DNA of 63,866 nt, counting the filler, from Craspedostauros australis (lineage: Eukaryota): assembly GCA_030167865.1 (NCBI GenBank). It is 12 parts of 12 records of this genome, joined end to end, with 100 filler letters (N's around TTAATTAATTAA, not from the genome) between each part and the next. Parts side by side here need not be neighbours in the genome. Positions count along the whole stretch, not along the records: positions 17,785 to 36,845 come from JALAGF010003723.1; positions 36,946 to 41,401 come from JALAGF010003726.1; 10 more parts are not named here. One strand, given 5' to 3'. The notes under the pieces were generated by a model, which worked only from the letters and a program-made list of their open reading frames with translations, did not search any database and was not told the origin of the DNA. Position 1 is the stretch's first letter. Each line of letters starts with the position of its first letter. A program made the translations under genes and the position numbers. Of this stretch, positions 25,706 through 36,946 are shown one piece after another.

Positions 25706-27438
25706 GTTGTCTTGTTTCGTGGAAGGGAGCAAGGAATCAAATCAAGAAGGCAAAGAGATGTCGTGTTGCGTTGTGCTTTTACGCGGATGACGTGATGATT
25801 GTGGTTGTGGCGAGGAGTGTTGAACACGTAAGCAGTGGAAAGATCCGTTTCAGCAAATCAGATCTCAATTTTATGCACTTTTCATTTCGCGTGCGCTGGA
25901 AGGTTCGTGTCGGATGACGGACGGACTGTTCCGCACACCTTCTTGGTACAGTTTCAACGCAAGTCTACGCAAAAACAGGAAAACCCGAAGCATTTGACAG
26001 CGAAGCAATTGCAAAGTGACAGAAGCGAACCGAACAGTTGCCCACCAACAGCGGTGTTTGACATTTCGGAGAATGCGGCGGAACAACAATGTGATGGCTG
26101 CCGGATGGCGAAGTTCGAGCAAGCTGCTGGAAGTTGTCGGAGGCGCGGCGGTTGGTGCCTTTTGCGATTGGCATTTGGTGCGGCGACCTGGTGGATACTC
26201 TCTGCGCGGATGGTTGGATGGGAGACTGGTGGAGCGGACGCATCAAGTGTGGATCCAAAGAGAGGAGAGAAGAATGGATGGGTGGTGGTGGTGGCGGCAG
26301 AGGGGAGCGGGATCCTTCCACTGGTCGGCGTCGCGCGAGAAAGATGAGAGAATCACGAGAACGCTCTGCAGGAACGAGAGGAACACAACTGCGGAGAAGG
26401 ATGAGGAGGAAGGAGAAGAACAAAGAACAAGAACAATCCACCAAGAGCACTGCGGTCGCAAGATGTGGCTCTCTGCCCGAACCTTGACTTTTCCTCTCCC
26501 ACCGTCTTCCTCTCTTGGCGCATCTGTTGCTGTTCTCATCATGACGAAAGCAAAGACACATGATGGCGATGTCATCTCTTCCGAGGACACAGTTCAGTCC
26601 AGTTCAGTTCAGTCATTGGCAACATTCCATGACGCGCCTCATTCTGATGGATGAGATGGGAAGATGGTATGGCACAAATGCGGGCACTTGCTTCTTTCGT
26701 CCTGAAGAGTTTGCTGTGAATGTTCGCCGATGACAGAACTGATTCCCAGCAGGAGCAAAGCAAGATACCTCCTGACAGAGATGGCAGAAAAGGATGGACG
26801 CCTGGAGAATGTGCGTAGACTGAATGAAACCATAGAGAGGGTCCTTTGGTAGTCACAGGTCCTGGCAGGACGGAGTTGCGCGACGCGATACTTTCTTCCA
26901 TCTCCGGCTTCTCAAGACACTTCGCCACAAGAGGCCGATGCCGAAAGTGCAAAATTGCGCGACGTCGAAAGATCCTTCTGCGGCGGCGCACTCATCTTCC
27001 GACACGCGTCAATTTGCAGCTGGGGTTTTGCGTCGATGAGGCGTCGTTCGATTCGGCGGCATCCTGGAGGCGGCGATGAACGCCATGGGCTGCGCAAGAC
27101 ACGATGCTGTGGCTTTGGCACTTGTGTGCGAGCCTCTGTTCGGTGTGGCTGCAGCGACTGCGATGCATCTCTACTCGACGGTAGCGCCCAAAACTGCAGG
27201 ACCGATGCGACAAATGAACGACTTCGGAATACGGGATCAGCGACGGCATTGCCATAGCTCGCACTCTTGCCAAGAGTTGTTGGTTCGTCCTGTTGGCTTG
27301 CGGGATGCAGTGCGTGTGTAACATAATGTAATAGAGTCCTAATTGGAGGATTGGCACTCTATTGATTAGGGGTACCCTGCAGATCAAAAACAGCATGTCA
27401 TTCCTACAAGTACGAGCCCGCCATCTGTACGTGCTGCT

Positions 27439-27843
27439 TCAAAACATACTCAGGTTCTTCCTCAGGATGGAATCTTGCCGCACTTGATCTCCGAAACGTT
27501 GACCGTCGAACTGGACCTTCTCCTCCCAACTCAATGCGCCGCTCTCGTTGCGCTTCCTATCCCATTCTTCGATGGGGACGTATTTCGCTTTTGGCTTGTC
27601 CGACTCATCGTCTGCTTTGCTGTTGCCGGCCAGGTTTCCATCGGCAACATCTGCCGAATGACTTGTGATTCGTTTGATGAAGTCCATGTCCGATTCACCA
27701 GGCATTTGCTTGAATGCTGATTGCAACCTGGTGCAGATGCTCGATTGCGTGGCGTGCCATGATTGAGGACACGCAGTGAAGCTGACCGCGGGCGCGATCA
27801 GGAGGGATTGGAACAGGATGAATGCCTTGGTGCAGGTCAGCAT
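27439..27843 (-). CDS. Small predicted plastid-targeted protein of unknown function (134 aa)
   Basis: Signal peptide ending AVS-FT plus a transit-like region. Ordered-looking C-terminus YVPIEEWD...LSWEEKVQFDGQRFGDQVRQDSIL. Confidence 0.75.
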   Translation of the reverse strand: MLTCTKAFILFQSLLIAPAVSFTACPQSWHATQSSICTRLQSAFKQMPGESDMDFIKRITSHSADVADGNLAGNSKADDESDKPKAKYVPIEEWDRKRNESGALSWEEKVQFDGQRFGDQVRQDSILRKNLSMF

Positions 27844-28734
27844 GGTGGGTGTGTCAGTGATGGAGATGGATGATCTTGCAGTGATGTTCTGTGTAGTTTG
27901 ATGAAGTGGCGGAGAGGTCGCCGATGTTGGTATCTTTTTGTGAGTGTTGTGAGCGTGTTTGGGGCCAAGTATTGCTGTCGCTGTTGTGTGTGATGTTGCT
28001 CTCTGCATCTTTTGTCTTCACTTTTGTTCGTGTTGTCGTTGGTAGTGGCAACAGTGACGCGTTTCTTCTCTCATTTCATTCCTCCTTTTCATCTTGTTGG
28101 CGGCAACTAGTCTTCGTGTTTGATCGTGGACGAGGTCTCAATATCGTCCTTTTGTCGACCTCGCAGTGCGTGAATCGGAGATTAACGGGAATGAAACGAG
28201 AATCGAAACATGGCCGTTTGCTTCTTGCGTCGACAAATTTCGCAGGTTTGCTCACAATTTCGAACACAGCGTTCTCGTGTGGTTGTGCCCAGATTCGGTG
28301 GGTGGCTGCCGATGGTTGATGAGCAGTTGCAGCGTGAGTGGTGGTTGTCATCACAATCACAACCACAATCACATCATAAATTTAAAAAGCCATCAGGATC
28401 ATCGCTTCCGCAGATTCCATCGCCGACAACATCACCTCCACCAGCAACAGCGAAAGCAGCAGAAGCAAGAGCCACCACGTGCTTGCACAGACAGCCACAG
28501 CAGCAAGAAAGGTAAGCCCAGCATCAACATGCGAGCTTTCATCATGCATGGGCTCTGCGTGCGATGCGCACCATGCTCTCCATCTACATGTATGATTTGA
28601 CACTTGCCGTACTCACCGTGTCTCATGCTTTCCATCAATTCTTCCATTGCCTCGTCCATGCATCTACACATGATGAATCCATGAATCCACCTCCCACACG
28701 CACACACGCTCGCGTGCGCCATAGCCCGATCATC

Positions 28735-29535
28735 ATGTCGTTGGAAGGTCCACGATTCCTCTGCCTTGCGGATGTTTTCCGTTTCAACAAGGGATACCAC
28801 AAGTGCATGAACCAATGCGCCCTCCGGTTGACCCAAACGCAGCACCGCGGACATCTCACATCCCACAACATCAGCGGCGCGGTGCTTCTCAACGTCTTCA
28901 TCCCCAAGAACATGGCAGTCAAGCGGAAGGGGGTAAGCGTGCATATCGGCAAGGTGCCATCCACGACGTACACCAACGACGCCGGTCAACCCATCCCGAC
29001 CATGTGGGTGATCAGATTCAAGACGGAGAACGAGGCCAAGTTCTTTGCCGATTTGATGGAGTACTACGCATCGGCAGAGTGCGCGAATGCAGCCAACATC
29101 AATGCGAACAACGATGAGGATGACGACACGGACGTTGGCGAGGACGAAGACGAAGACTACGGTGAAGACTTCTACGCCGAGTCGGAGAACTTCCTCACTG
29201 GGCTGCCAGGGATCAACAACGACTTCGTCCTCTTGCAGGACACGATCCAAGACGGCGGGATCCTTGAATTGATCCAAGAAAATGTCGTCGAGGATCTTGG
29301 CGAAGACGAAGATGACGACGAAGAGGGGGACGAGGGAAACCTCATCGATATTCTGGGAGGTATGAAAGTGTCCGCCGACAAAGCGCCAGGGTCACAGGAA
29401 GAGACCGGCAGCTCCAGCGACAGTGACAGTGACGACGTGATCGCGATCGAAGAAATTGGCTGCTTCAGTGACAGCGACGACGAGACCGATGCTGACCTCA
29501 GAAGCGACTGTCCAGGATCTCCAGCGCTGCTGTGA
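28735..29535 (+). CDS. PH-like/Ran-binding-domain-like protein with long acidic tail
   Basis: GAVLLNVFIPKNM...MWVIRFKTENEAKFFADLM resembles the RanBD/PH-fold C-terminal strand-helix of Nup50/Nup2-type domains. The C-terminal half is D/E-rich. Confidence 0.55.
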   Translation: MSLEGPRFLCLADVFRFNKGYHKCMNQCALRLTQTQHRGHLTSHNISGAVLLNVFIPKNMAVKRKGVSVHIGKVPSTTYTNDAGQPIPTMWVIRFKTENEAKFFADLMEYYASAECANAANINANNDEDDDTDVGEDEDEDYGEDFYAESENFLTGLPGINNDFVLLQDTIQDGGILELIQENVVEDLGEDEDDDEEGDEGNLIDILGGMKVSADKAPGSQEETGSSSDSDSDDVIAIEEIGCFSDSDDETDADLRSDCPGSPALL

Positions 29536-30022
29536 TCAAGGGGAAGTGAAGGAGAAAGAAACGGAGTCAACTTGGCACTGCAGTCGCCTCACAATTCATG
29601 CCAACACTGGCGCATCATACCATACCATACCATACTATATCATTCCATCTGTAACCATTGTGTAACAGTATACAAACATTCTCACAGAGAGCAGTACTCC
29701 ATTCAACTCACACATAGATCAGCGCAGAGGCATCAGCTTGCGTCTCACGATGGGGCAGTTTTGGCTGGCTGCTCGCAGTCTCTGCTGTATGCTGGACGCG
29801 AGAATCGCAGTGTGACGGTGTCATGGTTGGTTTTATATGGGCTGGTGATTATGAGCTGGAGCAGCGGTAGTAGCTAGCGACCTCGCCATTCCAAGACCAA
29901 GAGCAAAAGCGATGGTGGTTCTTTCCATTGCCGTGCATTCGTCGTAGAGTGGTTGCAGGTGCGAGTACCGTATGCACGTAACATGGTTGAAGCTTCCACT
30001 TCGTTCTGCTGCACTAGCAGTT

Positions 30023-31522
30023 TCATGGGAATGGGAGACCGACATCACGACGCAAGCTGAACTTGAGACCGTCGGTGGGCTTGTGGGTTCCATCTATTGG
30101 CGCTTTGATGGTCGCGACGGTGCCGCTTGCGTCAGCCCACTCCAGCCCAACGGAGTCATCTCGCTCGTACAGCGCCGAGAGCTTGCCATCGCCAATCGTG
30201 CGAGTGTACTTGCATGAAAACCAACCATTGGGTCCGAACATACTGATGAGTTTGTCGTCCTCCGTAATTCCATATCCCAATGTGATTTCGCGGTTCTCAC
30301 CGTCGACGAGCATGGCCATCTTATCCTTTTGGTATCCGACCTTGATGCTGGCATCGGAGGTGCCGAAGTTGTACGCCGGGATGACACCAAACTTTCCGCC
30401 CATGAGCTCCCCGGCTCTTCGGCACTTGATGCTGGAAAGGTACAGAGTTTCCTCGGGGACGTCTGTCGTGTGAAAGCAAAGAGAAGCAAAGAACCACAAT
30501 GCCTGTGAGGATGAACATCGAAGTGGAAGAATCGTTGGACAAACACATTCTCTTGCTGTTGTGAACTGCTTGCAAAATGCCCCTCGTGATCCAGGAGATC
30601 GAACAATAATCACAAAAAGCGCATCACCATCATCGACACGTACCCAATTCTCCATCCAAATGGAAATTGCAATCCAAAATGCCATCCACGTTCAAGTCCA
30701 AATCCACAATGTTGGAATCTTGCACTTTGGTGCCGCCGCGCAACGAGACGCGCATCAAATCACCGAAGGTCTTTCCGATCTGGCCCCAAACCTTGATTGG
30801 TGAGGTTCTTTTGATTGGATCGATGGTGGTATCGAATCCACCCTGTTGCAATTGGAAAAGGCAACGACAGCAATGTAAAGCAATGAACGAACGAATGTAG
30901 TATATGAAAGAATCAAAGGAGAAATACGACGTGGTAAGTATGATTGAGCGATGCGATTTTGCGGAAAACAACGATTCCACAATGCAGCAAGCAGCGCCAT
31001 ACTTCACGACAAGGCTGATACACACTCGTGCTTCCATTCATTGCATTTATCTGAAACGTACCTCGACTTCGAGACCCTTGACATCGAGTGGGCCGGATTC
31101 CCATTGGACGCGTGGTTGGATGCCGACATCCAACGCCCCGCTAGTGTCGGTGTCACCTTTGACGCCGAGCTGTCAGAGCGGAGGAAAGAAGAGTGATATG
31201 CATTTTGTTATGTGTTGTGATGGATACGAGATGAAAGCATGCGATAGAGTTAGTCATTGCTGAGAGGATGATGATGGCTGCAGAAAAAAGATCGGCGCTT
31301 CCGATCGCCATGGTTGCCGACAAATCATCAACGCGAAAAAGAGAAGTGGGGGATTGATTGGCGCGTTCGGCGCAAACCAAATCTACCCACACACAAACAT
31401 GGTATCAGCGCAGCGACGCAACACAACAGCGCACTTACCGTGATGGTCGGCGCCGGGACTTCGGCCGCAGCACCACCGAGGAGGGAGGTCAGAGTAATCA
31501 ACGTCAAGGAGAGCTTCATCAT
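30023..31522 (-). CDS. Signal-peptide-bearing OEP24-like beta-barrel candidate (276 aa); exons 31522-31439, 31169-31062, 30842-30644, 30462-30023
   Basis: Three canonical GT-AG introns with compatible phases. Signal peptide MMKLSLTLITLTSLLGGAAA-EV. The mature chain is mostly alternating amphipathic strands, and the C-terminus (VGLEWADA..VATIKAPIDG...KFSLRRDV) recalls plastid outer envelope pore OEP24. Confidence 0.7.
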
Positions 31523-32189
31523 GTTGGTTGCAGCGAGTGAGAATCTGTGGTTCGGTATGCGATTGAATAGAGCAGCAGGTATCGGTAGCTACGAGTATGT
31601 TTGGTGTGGTATGGAATGTTGTCTGATCGGTTTGTGGATTCGGTGTTTGCGATGCAAGAATGCTGATGGATCTGCGTGTGTGTGGCATCTTCCCCAGAGT
31701 TTTCGCGATCCGTGAGGTGATGCAACATCAAGAACGAAAAGATTTTTTGACGTTACGTTGACACCTTCGACCCGTACGACTGCAATGTGGCATTGGTCGT
31801 CTTTTGTGACGTTGTTCTGTTGGAACAACAGAGAACCGGAAAGCAGCGACACAGTCGGGTGTCGTTGACGAAACCGCAACCAATCAGGATACGCGGAAGC
31901 ACAGCGGAGAGTGTTTGAAGCTGGCACAACGTGGCGGTGGTGGAGCAATTGGAATTCTAAGTACTCTGATTGTACCCCACCACATTCTCGCACGCTCACG
32001 AGTGTTTGTGTTGACACCAACAAGCAGGAGCAGAGCAGAACAGAACGAGCAGAGTAAGGAACAAGAACGGAAGCAGAAGCAGAAGCAAAAGAAAACGCAA
32101 GCCACCTGCGTTAGATCCCTCATCATCTCATCATCTCATCTCATAGGTCATAAATAGGTCGTACCCTTGACACTCCTGAAGCCGTTGGC

Positions 32190-34556
32190 ATGAATCGCAG
32201 CAAGGCCTCATCAGCAGCACGTCCCATGATGCGTTCATTGCCCTCATCGCTGTTGGTCGCGGCGACGCTGGTGCTCCTGCTCGCAGACTGGTGTCAAAAG
32301 ACGACGACCGTTCCGACGGCTCAGGCACTTTCCATTCGCAGAGCACACTCAAGGCATCCGCAAGACAATGCCTCGCTCTTTCGTCTGCACCCAACGCCGA
32401 AGCGAGCGAGACTCCCCATAATCCGTCCTGCAGCGCATCGTGGCAATGACAACGAGAGCAGCGAGGGCGGCAGCAGTAGCAGCAGTAGTAGAAAGCGCAA
32501 CACCAATAGCGACGGCGGCAGTCATGGCAGCAGGAACACCAACAGGCGAAGTGATAGGCCAGGGAGGACTGACAACAAGAAGGAGAAAGTTAGAGGGTGG
32601 AATGGGTGGCTGTCCAGAAAGCGGCAGTCGGCTAATCAGATGGATGGGGTCGGCAATGATCTGGTTTCATCACAACCGTCGTCGTCATCCTTCTCCTCGC
32701 CTTCGACACCGCCCTCATCCAAGGCAAAGCAGCTCAATGTCAATGTCAACGGCAGTAGTGGCAGTATCGGCAGTAGCAGTATCGGTTTTGGCATCGGCAA
32801 CATGTTCAGAAGGAACGGCAGGAGCAACACGGGAAAAGATAGCGACAAAGAGAACAGTAATGACAGCATCAGTCACAGCAGCAGAATGGACGATGTGGTG
32901 GATAACATGGATCCGAGTTCGGTGCCAACGTACCGCACGCTCTTGATCTTCACCCTCTCGACCATCCTCATCTGGTTGAGCGAACCCTTGCTCAGCCTTG
33001 TGGACATGACCATCGTCAGCCTCACGGCGCCCTCGGCGGCACGATCCGTCGTGCAGATCGCCGCGCTGGGCCCTGCCACGACGCTCTTCGATTCCACCAT
33101 CTACATGACCTACTTCTTGGCCATCGCCACGACCAACGTCTTGGGACCCCTGCTCGCCAAGCAGAAATGGAAGGAGCTGCGCAAGAATACGTCCCACATT
33201 CTCGGCTTGGCCGTCACGGGTGGCCTCATCGTCTCCGGCATCGTCTGCGGCCTCGGTCGCCCCTTGCTGCGTTCCATGATGGGTTCGATCAACGACCCCG
33301 AAATCCTCAACCTCGCCTACAAGTACTGCTGGATCCGCGGTGCCGTGGCACCCATCAACGTCTGCGCCATGATCTCGCAATCCTTCTGCCTCGCCAATCT
33401 CGACACCGTCACGCCCTTCGTCGCCGTGGCCTTGTCATCCGTCGTCAACATCGTCGGCGACTGGCTCCTCAGTCCCAAGTACGGCATCGCGGGCGCGGCC
33501 TTCGCCACGGCGTTGGCTGGCATCACGTCGGCTGCCGTGCTCTTGCGTCAAGTGGCCAAGAAGACGTCGGAATGGAAGGAGTCGCAGTACATCGAGGAGG
33601 GACGTGTGACGGCCTCCTCGCCCATGGCCCAGCTGTCGCGCATCGTCAACGGGCGGCTCGAGCTTATCCCGACCAACGCGACGGCGAGTATCGATGATGG
33701 AGCGAGTGGTGCCTCTAGCGAGGGCGCTTCTTCCGACGGCGCCATTCCCATCAGCGCCATTCCCATCTGGCCTCCTCCGGACGCCAATGCCGACGGTGCT
33801 GGTGGCGGCAGAAGCAGAAGCAAGAAGGGCATCGCCAGAAATGGCAACAAGAAGGATGTCTTCGGAATGGGAATCAGCGAGACCGACCAGGAGGATGACA
33901 TCGCATTCGTCTCCTTGCCCGATCGCAAGTCATTGATCGAGCTGTTCCAGCTGGCCGGACCCGTGTTCTTCGTGATGATGGCCAAGATCGTCTGCTTCTC
34001 CGTCCTCACAATCCAGGCCACCAACTTCGGCGTGCTGGCCTTGGCGGCTCACAACATCCTGATGCGGGTGTACTTCTTCTTCTCCTGCTTCGGCGACTCC
34101 CTGGGACAGGCCGCCCAATCCTTCTTCCCGCCCGTCCAGGACCAACCCAGACAACAGAACGTCCTCTTCCGACGACTGTTCTACATCGCGTCCGGCATGG
34201 GCATCCTGAACGGCGCCATCATCCGCGGCATCCTGCAGCACGGCACCAAGTTCCTCACGCCCGACACGACGATCCGCACATTGCTGGCCACCCACTTCAC
34301 ACCCGTCTCGCTCGGCGTCGTCATCCATCCCATCATCATGCTGCTCGAAGGCTCCCTCTACGCGCGACGCGATTTGACATTCCTGCTCGTCATGTACGGC
34401 CTCACGACGCTCCTGCATTGCGGCATCGTCTTCTCGCCGATGCTGACGTTCGCCGTGCAGCACGTGTGGCGCGCGTTGTGCATCTTCCAGATCCTGCGGT
34501 TCACGCAAATCGGATACCGGGCGTTGGCGTTGAATCGGCGGGCGAAAGCGGCTTAA
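32190..34556 (+). CDS. MATE-family transporter (DinF/EDS5-like subgroup), probably organelle-targeted
   Basis: LIWLSEPLLSLVD, IAALGPAT, VVNIVGD..L...YGIAGAAFATA, LALAAHNI and FGDSLGQAAQSF motifs; about 12 TM segments; N-terminal hydrophobic presequence. Start is 32190 or 32226. Confidence 0.92.
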   Translation: MNRSKASSAARPMMRSLPSSLLVAATLVLLLADWCQKTTTVPTAQALSIRRAHSRHPQDNASLFRLHPTPKRARLPIIRPAAHRGNDNESSEGGSSSSSSRKRNTNSDGGSHGSRNTNRRSDRPGRTDNKKEKVRGWNGWLSRKRQSANQMDGVGNDLVSSQPSSSSFSSPSTPPSSKAKQLNVNVNGSSGSIGSSSIGFGIGNMFRRNGRSNTGKDSDKENSNDSISHSSRMDDVVDNMDPSSVPTYRTLLIFTLSTILIWLSEPLLSLVDMTIVSLTAPSAARSVVQIAALGPATTLFDSTIYMTYFLAIATTNVLGPLLAKQKWKELRKNTSHILGLAVTGGLIVSGIVCGLGRPLLRSMMGSINDPEILNLAYKYCWIRGAVAPINVCAMISQSFCLANLDTVTPFVAVALSSVVNIVGDWLLSPKYGIAGAAFATALAGITSAAVLLRQVAKKTSEWKESQYIEEGRVTASSPMAQLSRIVNGRLELIPTNATASIDDGASGASSEGASSDGAIPISAIPIWPPPDANADGAGGGRSRSKKGIARNGNKKDVFGMGISETDQEDDIAFVSLPDRKSLIELFQLAGPVFFVMMAKIVCFSVLTIQATNFGVLALAAHNILMRVYFFFSCFGDSLGQAAQSFFPPVQDQPRQQNVLFRRLFYIASGMGILNGAIIRGILQHGTKFLTPDTTIRTLLATHFTPVSLGVVIHPIIMLLEGSLYARRDLTFLLVMYGLTTLLHCGIVFSPMLTFAVQHVWRALCIFQILRFTQIGYRALALNRRAKAA

Positions 34557-34772
34557 TCTAGCTTGGTTGCGTTAGACGAATCACGGATTTGAGTCTTTTC
34601 TTGTTTTCTTCGTCGTTGTGGATGATGACAAAAGGCACAAGAAGAGAGTGACATGATGGCATCGCATTCCATCACATCATCAAGTGCAGCATAGTGTAGC
34701 ATAGCAACCAAGAGACGCCAACAGAGATAGAGATAGAGTGGAGGTAGAGCAGAGATTGACAAGGGCATCATC

Positions 34773-34997
34773 ATGTCCAGCCTTCAACAAGCATTGCAGA
34801 AGGAACGGCAGCCAAACCGTCGCCGCAACAACAAGAGCAATGACAAAGATGACAAAGATGGCAACGGAAGCAAGCAGAAGAACAGGAATAATAGCAGGAA
34901 CAACGTCAATGGAAAGAAGACGAATGCCTCCGCTACGGCCACCACCAACAGCAATAGCAACAGCAATAGCAACAGCAATAGCAATAGCAACAGCAAT

Positions 34998-35052
<55 letters not shown>

Positions 35053-36071
35053 ACAACAAGCCAAAGAAGAGTAACAACGAATTCCGACAACACCGCCAAC
35101 GGGAACGACCTCCCGTGCACACGACAGGCGACCCGCAACTGGATTATCGCTTCTGCAGCGCGCAGGAATGCGACGAACGCCAAAGCATCGGACAGGTCTC
35201 TGTCTTCGAAGCCACGCCCGCAACGCGCAATGCCCAACAACGCATCTTGGACGCATCCCTCGCCATCACCAAATACAAACGTTCCGCTGCCGGCACGACG
35301 CACGTCAGCCGATCGCAAGACGCGTTGCATCGATGTTTGGATCATTTGGCGCAGATTCTCGTGCACGAGCAAAGTAACGCCGCCGATTTCTTGATGGATC
35401 GATTGCGGGCTTGTCAAGTCGATGCCATTCGATGGAACGCCGCCATGTCGTGGCGATGGCATTGGAAGTTTCTGCGCGTTGTGGTCGTCCTATCGTACAT
35501 GGAATGTCAAAAAAGCGACGAGCACTTTCAGCGCACGTGCCGCACCATGTTCTGGACGGCGGTGGATTTGTATTGGGCGTCAAGCGATAGAGACAGCGCG
35601 GCCGCGGATGATGCATGTCTTTGCTGCGTGGCGATGCAAAAGTACAAGGAGTGGATCGTGAAAGACACGACGAACGCTGGCGGCAATCCAATGAACACGA
35701 TCCTCATGGAGACACTGCGATACAGCACCCCGTCTGGATCGTCCCAATGGAAGACCGCCGTCCTTCCCATCTTGGTGCATTCCGCCCGCCACGAGTATCG
35801 CCACGTGATCGATATCGCGCAACAGCACTTGTCCCCGTTGGTCAAATGTTGTCTGGCCCCATGCCTGCCCGTGCTGCGGTACCGTGTCTTGCAACAGTAC
35901 GCCGCCGCGTTCTTGCCACGCGAAGTGATTCCCGATATGGATCAGCTGCTGCGGCTACCATCAACATCCAAGGAGTGTGGTGTGGATCGGCAGCACTTGA
36001 AGGCGCCGCAAGCACTGGAGCGCGATGATAAGTTCGTCGGTGCAGTTTGGGAGGATCTCGTACGTGGCTAA
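34773..36071 (+). CDS. SAC3/GANP-domain-like protein
   Basis: FCSAQECDERQ...SVFE...AITKYKRSAAG...LHRCLDHL...DFLMDRLRACQVD matches the SAC3/GANP N-terminal core. Confidence 0.7.
34947..35048 (+). repeat. Coding hexamer microsatellite (AAYAGC)x17 encoding poly-(Asn-Ser)
   Basis: Read directly from the sequence. Confidence 0.95.
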
Positions 36072-36149
36072 ATCGCAAAAACAGGACTTGGGAGGGAAGT
36101 CCAGCCTTAAGTTCAAGGAAACTGTGGCGGGGGTTGATAAGTATTATAT

Positions 36150-36845
36150 TATTCCTCCGTTCCGAAATGATTGCAACTTATCTTTTTTGCGACATGTGTT
36201 GAGACACCAACGACGTCATCAAAAGTGGGGGCAGCGGTAACCAAATTTCCTGTTTTTAGTAACTCTTCCTTCCTTCAAAACTCGTGTGGTCGTTTCTGGT
36301 CTCTGACGGTGCCAGGTACCACGACAGCAGAATGCGATACCATCCTGTGTGTCACTGCGACAGGTTTTTATCATCAATGCGTTCCGTCCCCTCTCTTCTG
36401 TTCGTGGATGTCTTCCCGCAATTCTGTATCGTGACGTCACATCAGGCGTTCGAAAGCGATCATATTCATANNNNNNNNNNNNNNNNNNNNNNNNNNNNNN
36501 NNNNNNNNNNNNNNNNNNNNNNNNNNNNNNNNNCGAATTGGTCGAAGTTAGCGTATTTTTGCGTATTTTTAGTTGGCTTTGTTGTGTTCAGCTTTTGCAA
36601 ACTCGCTTGTTGGCATGCGTACTTCCGTATGATGACAGGCGATGGAGGCACACTGGCTGCCACAGAAATCATCACATCTCCGATACTCTAAATCCACCAT
36701 TAGTACCATCTCAAACACACCACACTCACACAATATTGAAAGGTTATGGCCTTTTCACGTGTCACACGAGTCTTTCCTTTCTTCCTCTCTTCCTAAGTGC
36801 TCCGGGATGTCACATTCTGTTACATTCACAGTATCTTCCCTCAAC
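36150..36845. mobile_element. Possible Stowaway/mariner-like element terminus downstream of the SAC3-like gene
   Basis: TA-TTCCTCCGTTCCGAAATGATTGCAACTT closely resembles Stowaway/plant-mariner TIRs. Composition becomes AT-rich from here to the contig end. The partner TIR is not in the window. Confidence 0.45.
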
Positions 36846-36946
36846 NNNNNNNNNNNNNNNNNNNNNNNNNNNNNNNNNNNNNNNNNNNNTTAATTAATTA
36901 ANNNNNNNNNNNNNNNNNNNNNNNNNNNNNNNNNNNNNNNNNNNNT

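Noticed and set aside
34680..35462. Poly-Leu, poly-Cys and poly-(AV)/(AT) ORFs
   Set aside because: They are alternative-frame or antisense readings of the (AAYAGC)n repeat in the SAC3-like gene.
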